Shown: piece by piece, positions 37,626 to 47,229 of the stretch | How the letters are laid out: each line of letters starts with the position of its first letter | How positions within the stretch are numbered: the first letter of the stretch is position 1 | Source of the DNA: Candidatus Omnitrophota bacterium | Lineage (GTDB): Bacteria; Omnitrophota; Gorgyraeia; Gygaellales; Profunditerraquicolaceae | Assembly (NCBI GenBank): GCA_026387355.1 | Contig: JAPLLW010000008.1 | Location: forward strand, 1,016-65,015 | DNA: 64,000 nt | Direction of reading: 5' to 3' | Translations under genes and position numbers: made by a program | The notes under the pieces: generated by a model | What the model was told of the DNA's origin: nothing | Databases searched by the model: none | The model's input: only the letters and a program-made list of their open reading frames with translations

Positions 37626-38923
37626 TGCAAAGAAGAATTATTTATATAATGATTATTTTATTATTAAGTTTTGGGCTAAAATCCGCATTTTCATTTGATA
37701 TTGGTCAGCCTGCTCCAAATACTTCTCCTTTGACGCTTGTTGAGTGTTACAACCTTACGCTTAAGCAGAGTGAGAAAATCGGTATTAATACTGAACTTAT
37801 CAAAGAAGCACAGGCGCGTTTTTCTCAGGCAATGGGAACGCTTATGCCGCATGTTACTTTTTACTCGGAAAATAGCTGGAAAGATGCTTTAGATAGCGGG
37901 GGTACTTCTGTGAGTTCGGGAGGGGGACTTGAGCAAAGATTCAATTTTCAGCAGACGCTCTTTAAGGGATTTAGAGAATTTGCAGCAATGAAAGGTGCCA
38001 AGTTTGAGCAGGCACAGCGGATAAATGAGAAGCTACGCGCAGAACAATTACTCTTATTGGATGTAACGAACTCATTTTATCTGTTACTTGAAGAGAAAGA
38101 TGATTTAAACTCTCTCTTATCAATCAAGAAGGCATTAATCAATAGGATTCACGATCTTATGGATAGGGAAAAACTTGGTCGATCCAGACGTAGTGAAGTG
38201 GTTAGTACAGAATCAGAGTTATATAGTGTGAATGCTGATATTGAGTTGGCTAAGAGTCGGGTAATACTTGCGCGTCAGATGCTAGAGTTTTTGACTGGGG
38301 TTACCATTACAGAAGTCATAGATTCAGATAAGGATTTTCCTATTTTAGATTCCGAAGAGAGTTATCTTGCTAATTCAGGGGTACGACCGGATGTTTTAGC
38401 CACCGAAAATGCTTGGGAGGTTTCCAAGCAGAATAAGAAAATTGCAGTTAGTGGTTTATTGCCCGAAATAACCGTAGAAGGTAATATTTATACTCATCGT
38501 ATTCAAGCTTTGGAAGGAAGCACTTGGGATGCTGCATTAAATGTAAGTATCCCGATTTTTGAAGGTACTGAAGTCTATGGACTGATTCAAGAAGCGGCTA
38601 TTAAGGCTACTGAAGCAGAGCTTGAGTATAGGCATACAAGACGCAAGACCTATGCGGATATCCGCGATGCCTATGTTAAAATACAAACAGGCATTCCACG
38701 CACCTTGGCTTTCAAAAAGGCTTTAATGGCCAGCGAAATGAATTATACTTTACAGAAATCTGATTACAAGTTAAACTTAGTTAATAATTTAGATGTTTTA
38801 GCTGCGATAAGGACGCTGGAGAATACGCGACGTAATTTTATAAATTCTTATTACACAACCAAGCGTTCTTATTGGCAGTTGCAGGTAGCTGTAGGTCAAC
38901 TGAAGGCTGGAGAAATTAAATGA
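37625..38923 (+). CDS. TolC-like outer-membrane efflux protein (OMF family)
   Basis: Signal peptide; 'LTLVECYNLTLKQSEKIGINTELIKEAQARF' OMF N-terminal repeat; two-repeat alpha-helical architecture; about 430 aa. Confidence 0.7.
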   Translation: MQRRIIYIMIILLLSFGLKSAFSFDIGQPAPNTSPLTLVECYNLTLKQSEKIGINTELIKEAQARFSQAMGTLMPHVTFYSENSWKDALDSGGTSVSSGGGLEQRFNFQQTLFKGFREFAAMKGAKFEQAQRINEKLRAEQLLLLDVTNSFYLLLEEKDDLNSLLSIKKALINRIHDLMDREKLGRSRRSEVVSTESELYSVNADIELAKSRVILARQMLEFLTGVTITEVIDSDKDFPILDSEESYLANSGVRPDVLATENAWEVSKQNKKIAVSGLLPEITVEGNIYTHRIQALEGSTWDAALNVSIPIFEGTEVYGLIQEAAIKATEAELEYRHTRRKTYADIRDAYVKIQTGIPRTLAFKKALMASEMNYTLQKSDYKLNLVNNLDVLAAIRTLENTRRNFINSYYTTKRSYWQLQVAVGQLKAGEIK

Positions 38924-41900
38924 GTCTCTCTGATATATCTATAAAAAATCCAGTATTCGCCTGGATGCTTATGGCGGCACTTATGATTTTTGGTATCATA
39001 AGTTATAGTCGTCTTGGCGTAAGCCAGCTTCCTGATATAGACTTTCCTGTCGTTTCAGTTAGCCTTACCTGGGAGGGTGCGGCCCCTGAAGTTATGGAAT
39101 CAGATGTTGTGGATATTGTTGAGGATTCCATAATGAGCATACAAGGAGTGCGCGATGTCTCCTCATCTATCCGCCAGGGGTCAGCCAACATAACTATTGA
39201 ATTTGATTTGGGCCGGGATATAGACGTAGCAGTCCAGGATGTGCAGAATAAAATCCAACAGGTTCAAAAACGTCTCCCCAATGATATAGACCCAGCGACA
39301 ATAAGCAAGGTAAATCCCGAAGACCAGCCAATTGTTATGATTACGTTCTCTTCCGCGACCATGCCCTTACGCGATCTAATGACTTATGTTCAGGATCATC
39401 TAAAAGATCAGTTTGCAACCATCAGTGGAGTAGGAGAGATTTATTTGGGAGGTTATGTAGACAGGAATTTAAGAATTTGGGTTGATTCCTCTAAGCTAGA
39501 GGCTTATCAACTTACGGTGCAGGATGTGATTGATGCGGTTGAAAAACAGCATGAAGAGATACCCGCTGGTCGTCTGGAGACAAGTAAAGATGAGCGAAAT
39601 ATCCGCGTTATGGGAGAGGCAGGGACTCCTGAAGAGTTTGGAAATATTATTATACCCAAGCGTAATGGTCTGCCTGTTTTTAGGCCCATTTATATAAAGA
39701 ATGTGGCGACTATAGAAGATGGTTTAGCCGATATAAGAAGGATTGCGCGCACTAATGGTAAACAAACGGTGGCTCTTGGTATCCGTAAACAGCGCGGGGC
39801 AAACGAGGTTGAAGCAGCTCATGGTGTATTAAAAAGATTGGAAGAGGTGAATAAGTCGCTCCCCAAGGAGATCGAAGCAAATGTGCGTTATAACCGGACA
39901 AAATTCAGCGAGGATTCAATCCACGAGTTAGTTTTTACGTTGTTACTGTCAGCCTTGGTTACTTCTCTTGTGTGCTGGGCATTTTTAGGTTCCTGGAGCG
40001 CTACGTTAAATATACTGCTTGCCATTCCTACTTCTATTCTGGGTACTTTTATTATTATTTATTTTATGGGTTTTACATTAAATACCTTTACAGTTTTAGG
40101 ATTATCCTTGGCAATAGGTATAGTTGTAGATGATGCAATTATGGTTTTAGAGAATATTGTGCGTCGCAAAGAAGAAGGAGAGGAACAGATTATCGCTGCC
40201 AGAGAGGGGGCGCGCCAGATCTCTTTTGCTGCAGGAGCTGCAACCGCTGCCCTTATCGCCATATTCTTGCCGGTTGCTTTTATGATTGGAATCATCGGGA
40301 AATTCTTTTATCAATACGGAGTAACTATTTCAGTGGCTGTAGCGCTCTCTTTACTGGAAGCGCTTACGCTTACCCCTATGCGTTGTTCGCAATTTCTGCA
40401 AGTGGGAGAGCGTAGCACTGTATTCGGCCGTTTCATAGAGAAGAGTTTTCGTTGGTCGGCAGAAAAATACAAAAAATTGCTTACCCATGCACTTCATTTT
40501 CGAGTATGGGTTTTAATAATAACTACTCTTTTATTCTTCGGTTCCCTTTATTTAGTTAAGATATTACGTAAAGAATTCCTGCCTTCTCAAGACCAGAGTA
40601 TGTTTATATGCCGTATGCAGACACCGGTTGGTTCATCTATTGATTTTACCGCAGAGCATTTCAAGCTTGCAGAAGATTTTATCTCTAAGCGCCCGGAGGT
40701 TCAAGGTTACACTTCTTTAATCGGAGGTTTTTCTGGAGGAGAGGTCAATTCAGGGATAATTTTTGTTACTTTTAAGGACCCCAAAGAAAGACCGGTTGTG
40801 CCTCCTAATAAACGTCCGCTTTCTCAAAACCAATTAATGATAATTTTTCGTCAAGAGTTGAATAAGATTCCGGATGTTCGGGCGACTATTCAAGATCTTT
40901 CTTTATCCGGTTTTTCAGCGCAACGAGGTTTTCCTATTGAAATTTCCCTAAGAGGTCCTGATTGGGACAAGTTAGCGATTTATTCCGAAAAAATGCGTAA
41001 ACTTATGAGTGAAAGTCCACTTATGGTAGACGTGGATACAGATTATTTGGAGAGGGTTCCCGAGATAGAGATTATTCCTTTTCGTGAAAGGGCTTCCAGC
41101 CGCGGTGTAAGTATTACGACTATTGGTAATGCTATTGATGCCCTTATTGGAGGAAAACGCATTGGGAAATACACCAAAGATGGTCGTCGCTATGACGTTA
41201 GGATTCGTGTTGTGCCTAATCAGCGTAACGATCTTGAGGATATAGAAAATATCTGGGTCTGGAATAATCTGGGAGAATTGGTGCAATTAAAAGAAGTGGT
41301 AACTATAATTCAGAAACCAAAACCCATAACCATAACTCGGCGTAACCGTGAAAGGGCGATATCTCTTTTTTCTAATGTAGCCCAAGGTAAATCCCAGACA
41401 GATGCGCTTAAAGAAGTTGAGCGTATTGCCAAAGAGGTTCTTCCGGAAGGTTACCGTATAGTTCTTACCGGTAGCACGCAGACTTTTAAAGAGTCATTCT
41501 CTAGCCTTATTTTTGCCTTACTCTTGGGAATTCTTATAGCATATATGGTTTTAGCTTCGCAGTTTAATAGTTATATACACCCAATAGTCGTTCTTTTGGC
41601 GCTACCTTTTAGTATCTCCGGGGCCTTAGTTACTTTGTGGATAGGTAATCAATCCTTGAATATCTTTAGTCTTATCGGCTTAATTCTGCTTATGGGTATT
41701 GTCAAAAAGAATTCTATTCTCTTGGTAGATTTTACAAATCAGATGCGTAATGATAACTTAGATTTGCACTCGGCCTTACTCAAAGCCTGCCCCATAAGAC
41801 TAAGGCCCATACTAATGACTTCAATAGCGACTATTGCAGCAGCTATTCCTCCTGCTTTGGCCCTTGGTCCGGGCGCAGAAACGCGCATTCCTATGGCTAT

Positions 41901-42042
41901 TACCATAATTGGAGGAGTAACTCTTTCGACGGTGCTAACACTTTTTGTCGTTCCTTGCGCCTATTCTCTTTTCAGTAAAATTGAGCGTAAGAAATTCGGT
42001 ATTTCCAGAAAAGATTCTAAAAGAGTAGGTGAGTTAAAATGA
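38920..42042 (+). CDS. RND efflux transporter (AcrB/HAE1-like)
   Basis: 1040 aa with 12-TM pseudo-symmetric architecture; 'FAWMLMAALMIFGIISY', 'GLSLAIGIVVDDAIMVLENI', 'LGLILLMGIVKKNSILLVDF'. Confidence 0.9.
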   Translation: MSLSDISIKNPVFAWMLMAALMIFGIISYSRLGVSQLPDIDFPVVSVSLTWEGAAPEVMESDVVDIVEDSIMSIQGVRDVSSSIRQGSANITIEFDLGRDIDVAVQDVQNKIQQVQKRLPNDIDPATISKVNPEDQPIVMITFSSATMPLRDLMTYVQDHLKDQFATISGVGEIYLGGYVDRNLRIWVDSSKLEAYQLTVQDVIDAVEKQHEEIPAGRLETSKDERNIRVMGEAGTPEEFGNIIIPKRNGLPVFRPIYIKNVATIEDGLADIRRIARTNGKQTVALGIRKQRGANEVEAAHGVLKRLEEVNKSLPKEIEANVRYNRTKFSEDSIHELVFTLLLSALVTSLVCWAFLGSWSATLNILLAIPTSILGTFIIIYFMGFTLNTFTVLGLSLAIGIVVDDAIMVLENIVRRKEEGEEQIIAAREGARQISFAAGAATAALIAIFLPVAFMIGIIGKFFYQYGVTISVAVALSLLEALTLTPMRCSQFLQVGERSTVFGRFIEKSFRWSAEKYKKLLTHALHFRVWVLIITTLLFFGSLYLVKILRKEFLPSQDQSMFICRMQTPVGSSIDFTAEHFKLAEDFISKRPEVQGYTSLIGGFSGGEVNSGIIFVTFKDPKERPVVPPNKRPLSQNQLMIIFRQELNKIPDVRATIQDLSLSGFSAQRGFPIEISLRGPDWDKLAIYSEKMRKLMSESPLMVDVDTDYLERVPEIEIIPFRERASSRGVSITTIGNAIDALIGGKRIGKYTKDGRRYDVRIRVVPNQRNDLEDIENIWVWNNLGELVQLKEVVTIIQKPKPITITRRNRERAISLFSNVAQGKSQTDALKEVERIAKEVLPEGYRIVLTGSTQTFKESFSSLIFALLLGILIAYMVLASQFNSYIHPIVVLLALPFSISGALVTLWIGNQSLNIFSLIGLILLMGIVKKNSILLVDFTNQMRNDNLDLHSALLKACPIRLRPILMTSIATIAAAIPPALALGPGAETRIPMAITIIGGVTLSTVLTLFVVPCAYSLFSKIERKKFGISRKDSKRVGELK

Positions 42043-42533
42043 AGAGCGTCTTAGTTTATTATTCACATTACGGTAATACTGCGAATGTTGCAAGCGAGGT
42101 ACAAGACTATTTGAGAAAACTGGGAACAGTGGATAAGCTAGAGATAGAATATTTTTCTAAGAATAAGGGGTTGCTTGAGAGGGTATTCTATAGGTTATTA
42201 CCTAACTTAGTTAACATAGCTTCGATAAAAACAGATTTAAAGGAATACGACCTTATATGTTTTGGAATACCGGTTTGGGGCGGCAGACCTTCTGCTCCAA
42301 TAATAAGATACCTGAAGCTTTGCAAAAATATTCAAAATAAGAAGATAATATGTTTTTACATCTTTGGTGTTGATGCGAGCGCTAAGATTTGCGCTGAGTA
42401 CGTCGGTAAGGCTTTAGGCAAAAAAACCCATAGGACAATAGTAAATGTCTTTATCCCGTGGGCAAATGTGCACGATGATAATTTTATAAAGGATTCATTT
42501 AGAGAAGTCTTTAAGGACGAAAAAACTACCTAA
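42039..42533 (+). CDS. Flavodoxin-like fold protein
   Basis: 'MKSVLVYYSHYGNTANVA' N-terminal flavodoxin-type phosphate-binding loop; 'ICFGIPVWGG'. Confidence 0.5.
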   Translation: MKSVLVYYSHYGNTANVASEVQDYLRKLGTVDKLEIEYFSKNKGLLERVFYRLLPNLVNIASIKTDLKEYDLICFGIPVWGGRPSAPIIRYLKLCKNIQNKKIICFYIFGVDASAKICAEYVGKALGKKTHRTIVNVFIPWANVHDDNFIKDSFREVFKDEKTT

Positions 42534-42654
42534 CTATAGGCCTTTCTTATATTTTTAATCCAAAAATAATTTGCTTGACAGGTATGAATTTATTTAATAA
42601 AATGGTTTCAGGTTAGATTAGTAAAATTTTACTATATTTTAAGGAGCGTTTAGA

Positions 42655-42927
42655 ATGGATTGGGATAATCTTGTTAAAGATAAATTTCAGAAAATGATTA
42701 TTAAGATTCCTTTATTTCATCGCCGGATTACCGAAGAAGCGGTAAATAAAAGGGCGCAAGAGAATGCTTTGGCTAGAAAATCGACAAAGATTGAAGAAGT
42801 TGATGTAATTACTGCTTTCTTTTCGGATGTGCCGTCTCCTTTTTATAGTATGATGATTCGATTGCTTGAGCAGGCTGGATTTGATTATAGGAGATATGGT
42901 TTTCCTAAGGGAGAAAAAACAAGATGA
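42655..42927 (+). CDS. Hypothetical small protein
   Basis: 90-aa ORF with RBS 'aaggag' upstream; no recognisable motif. Confidence 0.3.
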   Translation: MDWDNLVKDKFQKMIIKIPLFHRRITEEAVNKRAQENALARKSTKIEEVDVITAFFSDVPSPFYSMMIRLLEQAGFDYRRYGFPKGEKTR

Positions 42928-43931
42928 AAATAGCAGTAATAGGCGCAGGGGCAATAGGAAGTCTTGTCGCCGGTTATTTAAAACTAAAAGGCGAAGATGT
43001 CTATTTGGTAGGCCGCCCAGCTACTGTTAAGGCAATAAAGGAGAATGGCTTAAAGATTAGCGGTTGCCGCGGAGAATTTAAGGCGTCGGTGGATATTTAC
43101 GAAATGCTTGTTTCTAGTCCCAAGCTGCTTATTCTGGCAACAAAAACTCAAGATATTAATCAGTTTTTAAGGGATAACTTAAGTTTAATTAAAGATTCAA
43201 TAATCTTAACTACGCAGAATGGGGTCCAGGCGGATAATATCGTTGCTAAGGTTCTTCCTAAAAAGAATATAGTCTCTAGCATAATTATGTTTGGGGCCAC
43301 ATATTTGGATCCGGGTAAGGTTGTGCATAATTTTGAAGGGAGCTGGATTTTAGGTAATATATTTGGCCAGGGGACTAATACAAATACGATTTCCTTAAGT
43401 TTGTCTTTAAATAAATCATTTAACATTATGATAAGCGAAGATATATTAGGGATGAAATATCTAAAAATATTTGTTAATGCAAATAATTGTATCCCCGCCA
43501 TTCTGGGGGTGAGTATGCAGGAGGCTTTTTGCGACCCCGAGGTTAGCCGCATTAGTATTGCTATATGGAAAGAGGGATTTGACATAATTGATAAGCTAGG
43601 GATTAAATTAACTTCTTTGCCGGGTTTTCCGATAGAGAATATAACTAAGCTTATTGCGCTTGCTCCTCAAGAGGCAGCACAAGTTTTTTCAGGGATTATG
43701 ACTAAATTAAGCAAAGATCCTCTTTATGGATCTATATTGCAGAGCATTAAAAGGGGGAGATCTTCTGAGATTGATTATTTAAACGGTGAATTTGTAAGCC
43801 TGGCCAAGCAGAATAAGCTCGAGGCAGACTTAAATAAAAAGATGGTTGAGATGGTACATACAGTTGAACAGAATGGTAAATTCTTCAGCAAAGCTGAATT
43901 ATTAGCCGCGACAAAGGAATTCCTGAACTAA
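42924..43931 (+). CDS. 2-dehydropantoate 2-reductase family (PanE/ApbA-like) NAD(P)-dependent ketoreductase
   Basis: 'MKIAVIGAGAIGSLVAGYL' Rossmann N-terminus; family-typical length and 'QNG' region; C-terminal 'SILQSIKRGRSSEIDYLNG'. Confidence 0.75.
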   Translation: MKIAVIGAGAIGSLVAGYLKLKGEDVYLVGRPATVKAIKENGLKISGCRGEFKASVDIYEMLVSSPKLLILATKTQDINQFLRDNLSLIKDSIILTTQNGVQADNIVAKVLPKKNIVSSIIMFGATYLDPGKVVHNFEGSWILGNIFGQGTNTNTISLSLSLNKSFNIMISEDILGMKYLKIFVNANNCIPAILGVSMQEAFCDPEVSRISIAIWKEGFDIIDKLGIKLTSLPGFPIENITKLIALAPQEAAQVFSGIMTKLSKDPLYGSILQSIKRGRSSEIDYLNGEFVSLAKQNKLEADLNKKMVEMVHTVEQNGKFFSKAELLAATKEFLN

Positions 43932-43932
43932 A

Positions 43933-44532
43933 ATGTCTGAAGTGAATACCCCATTTCCAAAATTAAAACTAACTGTAACCGGTGTATTTGGCGTTTGTTA
44001 TCATGGTTACAAAAATGGTGATGAGATTATCTTAGAGGATTTTACTCATGCCCCTAAACATTTTTGTCTAGGATTAGCGCACGCTTTATTTCCGGTAATC
44101 TACGCTTTAAGTTTTGGCGCTAAATTCGGTTTTCGCGATAACCAGCGTTCACTTTTGGTTACCTGTCCTGATGGAGGAAAATTGGAGTTTCAGGCAGAGA
44201 TCCTGGATAAAAACGGTCAGGTAGAAACTCTAGCCCGCGATCCTAATCATAAGGGCCCTAACCCTAAGAAGATGGTCATTGAGGTAGTGCAGGCAAAGGG
44301 GAAATGTAGTTTTGGCTATAAAGTCGGAGACAAATGGGAGACTACGGGATTAAAATGTATCCCCGGTTTCTGCGGAGCGGCATTTCATACTGCCTTTCCG
44401 GCCTTGTTTGCTTTAAACTTTGGAGCAAAGTTTTTCTTTATGCAAGATCCAAATTCAATCGATACAGTTACCTGTCCCGATGGAGGAAATATAATTTTTA
44501 AAGTAACGCGAGTAGAAGAGGAGAGAAAATAA
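43933..44532 (+). CDS. Tandem-duplicated Cys/His-rich domain protein (two ~95-aa repeats each ending in CPDGG)
   Basis: Half 1 'GVCYHGYKNGDEI...HFCLGLAHALFPVIYALSFGAKFGF...VTCPDGGKLEF'; half 2 'GKCSFGYKVGDKW...GFCGAAFHTAFPALFALNFGAKFFF...VTCPDGGNIIF'. Confidence 0.5.
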   Translation: MSEVNTPFPKLKLTVTGVFGVCYHGYKNGDEIILEDFTHAPKHFCLGLAHALFPVIYALSFGAKFGFRDNQRSLLVTCPDGGKLEFQAEILDKNGQVETLARDPNHKGPNPKKMVIEVVQAKGKCSFGYKVGDKWETTGLKCIPGFCGAAFHTAFPALFALNFGAKFFFMQDPNSIDTVTCPDGGNIIFKVTRVEEERK

Positions 44533-45798
44533 TTGATGAACAAGCGTAGAGTTGTTATTACAGGTATCGGAGTAGTTTCTCCGAATGGCATTGGTAAGGA
44601 GAATTGTTTTAAGGGGATGATTTCTGGAAAGTCTGGGATTAAGCGTGTTGACGGATTTGATGTGGCAATCTTTAATACTAAAATTGCTGCTGAGGTGCGT
44701 GATTTCGATCCTTTTAAATTAGGGCTTAACCATGATGAAGCTATGCGTATGGATAGATATGTTCAGTTTGGCGTGGTCGCAGGAAACATGGCGATTAAAG
44801 ATAGTGGATTAGACCTTTCTAAAGAGGATCCAGAGCGTATCGGAGTATGTCTTGCCAATGCTATTTGCGGGACAAAATACATGGAAGAGGAGTTTGCCCT
44901 AGTTACTGATGATGGGAAGAAACCTATTGATCCAGCTTTAGTGCGGCCGGACCTATATGATGCTGCCATGTTTAATACTCCCTCAATTGAATTAAGCGCT
45001 AAGTATGGTTTCAAAGGCAATTGCAATACGCTTTCAACGGGTTGTACCGCCGGGACAGATTCACTTGGGTTTGGTTTAGAGACAATTCAGGATGGGGAGC
45101 AGGATATAATGATTTGTGGCGCAGCCGAAGCGCCGATTACGCCGATCACCTTTGGCGCGTTTGATGTGGTAAATGTCTTATCAGTAAGAAATGATGAGCC
45201 TGAAAAGGCCTCGCGGCCTTTTGATAATAAACGCGACGGATTTGTTTTATCGGAAGGGGCCGGGATTTTAGTTTTGGAAGAATTAAACCATGCGTTAAAA
45301 CGAAATGCCAGGATTTATTGCGAGGTTTTAGGATTTGGCACTAGCTGCAACGCCTTTCATATGACTGATCTTCCTTCAGATGGAGGGGCAATGGTTAGTT
45401 GTATTTCTCTAGCTTTAAAAGACTCAGGCGTAAGGCCTGAGGAAGTAGATTACATCAGCGCTCATGGATCATCTACGCGCATGAATGATATCTTTGAGAC
45501 AAGCGCTTATAAGACTATATTCGGAGAGTATGCATATAAATTACCGATAAGCTCCTTAAAGTCTATGATTGGCCACCCCTTAGCTGCGGCTAATGCAATA
45601 GAGATGACAGTCTGCTCTATGATTTTTGAAAGGAATATCTTGCCTCCTACCATTAATCAAGAAGAAAAAGATCCTCTTTGCGATTTGCATTATATACCGA
45701 ATAAGGCAATTGATAAAAAGGTAGATATGATTTTGAAAACAAGTAGTGGATTTTCAGGAATTCACTCTTCATTAGTCTTGAGGAGATATAATGGATAA
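44533..45798 (+). CDS. Beta-ketoacyl-ACP synthase (KAS I/II-like ketosynthase, catalytically complete)
   Basis: Cys-His-His triad present: 'LSTGCTAGTDS', 'YISAHGSSTRMND', 'KSMIGHPLAAANAIE'. Confidence 0.9.
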   Translation: MMNKRRVVITGIGVVSPNGIGKENCFKGMISGKSGIKRVDGFDVAIFNTKIAAEVRDFDPFKLGLNHDEAMRMDRYVQFGVVAGNMAIKDSGLDLSKEDPERIGVCLANAICGTKYMEEEFALVTDDGKKPIDPALVRPDLYDAAMFNTPSIELSAKYGFKGNCNTLSTGCTAGTDSLGFGLETIQDGEQDIMICGAAEAPITPITFGAFDVVNVLSVRNDEPEKASRPFDNKRDGFVLSEGAGILVLEELNHALKRNARIYCEVLGFGTSCNAFHMTDLPSDGGAMVSCISLALKDSGVRPEEVDYISAHGSSTRMNDIFETSAYKTIFGEYAYKLPISSLKSMIGHPLAAANAIEMTVCSMIFERNILPPTINQEEKDPLCDLHYIPNKAIDKKVDMILKTSSGFSGIHSSLVLRRYNG

Positions 45799-47032
45799 GA
45801 TAGCTGTAACTGGTATAGGGGTAGTTTCACCGTCCGGGATAGGTAAGCGCCAGCTTTGGGCAAATATCAAAAGCGGCCGTTCATTTATTAAAGAGATCAC
45901 TCGTTTCGATGCCTCTAAATACCCATCGCGCATTGCCGGGCAAATCGATGATTTGGAGAAATATAGCACTATCTCTGAGCGCTTGCTTAAGAAAATCGAC
46001 GCTTTCTCGCATATGGCCTTAATTGCTTCAGAGCTAGCTTTGCAGGATGCTGGAATAGATATTAAAAATGAAGATCCGAGTTTAGTAGGTATATTTCTGG
46101 GAAATGCTATCGGCGGATGGCTTTATGCCGAGACAGAACTGCGCGATATGTATATCGAAGGACGCGAAGGAGTTTCTCCTTATATGGCCTCAGCTTGGTT
46201 TCCGGCTGCGCCACAAGGCCAGGTCTCTATTTATTATGGTATAAAAGGATTCAGTAAGACAGTTGTCGCAGACAGGGCTAGTTCTTTAATGGCGCTAGGT
46301 TATGCCAGAAAAGTTTTAGCTAAAAATAAATTAAATATGATTTTAGGTGGAGGGATGGAAGCCCCAGTTACACCCTATGCGCTTTTATGCTGCAATACTT
46401 ACGGCGCATTATCAAAAGACAATTCTCATCCGCAAGAGGCATACCGGCCGCATGATAAAAAGAGGAATGGTTTTGTAATCGGCGAGGGTTCAGGTATTGT
46501 AGTTATGGAGAGTATTGAACGTGCAAAAAAGCGTCAGGCAAATATTTTAGCTTTAATCTCCGGATATGGCACAACCTGCGATGGGGTAGACCGGATTAAT
46601 TCTGCTAAAGACGGAAAAGAGCTTGCCCGGGCAATAAATATTGCACTTGTTGATGCAAAGGCAAATATCAATGAAATCAATTATATCAGTTTAGATGGAT
46701 TAGCAGTAGATATTTGGGATAATTCTGAAGTGTTGGCTTTAAAAGAAGTCTTTGGTAGCCGCATAAAAGAGATCCCGGTAAGCTGTCCTAAGTCCATGTT
46801 TGGTAATCTGCTCGGTGCTTCCGGGGCATTGGATATGATTATTGCTATACAGGCAATGGAGCACGCTTTAGTTCCTCCGACATTAAATTTAGATGAGCCG
46901 GCATCAAACGGGCTTAATTATATAGGTAAGCAGGCAAAAGAACATACAATCAGAAAAGCTCTGATTATATCACGCGGCAGAGGAGGGATTAATTCTGCGC
47001 TGGTAGTTGAGAAAGGGAGTAACAATGCTTAA
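45791..47032 (+). CDS. Ketosynthase-like partner lacking catalytic residues (chain-length-factor-like)
   Basis: Thiolase-fold homologue of the upstream KS, with the active-site Cys replaced ('TVVADRASS'), the first His absent ('YISLDGLAVD') and the second His replaced by Asn ('KSMFGNLLGASGA'). Its start overlaps the upstream stop (ATGGATAA). Confidence 0.75.
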   Translation: MDKIAVTGIGVVSPSGIGKRQLWANIKSGRSFIKEITRFDASKYPSRIAGQIDDLEKYSTISERLLKKIDAFSHMALIASELALQDAGIDIKNEDPSLVGIFLGNAIGGWLYAETELRDMYIEGREGVSPYMASAWFPAAPQGQVSIYYGIKGFSKTVVADRASSLMALGYARKVLAKNKLNMILGGGMEAPVTPYALLCCNTYGALSKDNSHPQEAYRPHDKKRNGFVIGEGSGIVVMESIERAKKRQANILALISGYGTTCDGVDRINSAKDGKELARAINIALVDAKANINEINYISLDGLAVDIWDNSEVLALKEVFGSRIKEIPVSCPKSMFGNLLGASGALDMIIAIQAMEHALVPPTLNLDEPASNGLNYIGKQAKEHTIRKALIISRGRGGINSALVVEKGSNNA

Positions 47033-47219
47033 GAAAATAGTATGTGCAGCTTCGTTTGTAGTTTTCGTATTGTGCGTTTATTCTTTTTTGGGTGGTAACA
47101 AAGTATTTGAAGGTAAATTTGAGAACGATTATGTTGCTTGGTATTTTCTGGCCAAAGGAATCTTTTGTTCTTTAGCGCTTTATTTATTAGTTTTAATTCT
47201 AGAGAAATTAAAAAAATAA
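47007..47219 (+). CDS. Small two-TM membrane protein (hypothetical)
   Basis: 70-aa hydrophobic ORF between the KS-like gene and the radical SAM gene. Confidence 0.3.
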   Translation: MRKGVTMLKKIVCAASFVVFVLCVYSFLGGNKVFEGKFENDYVAWYFLAKGIFCSLALYLLVLILEKLKK

Positions 47220-47229
47220 GGGAGGGGTA

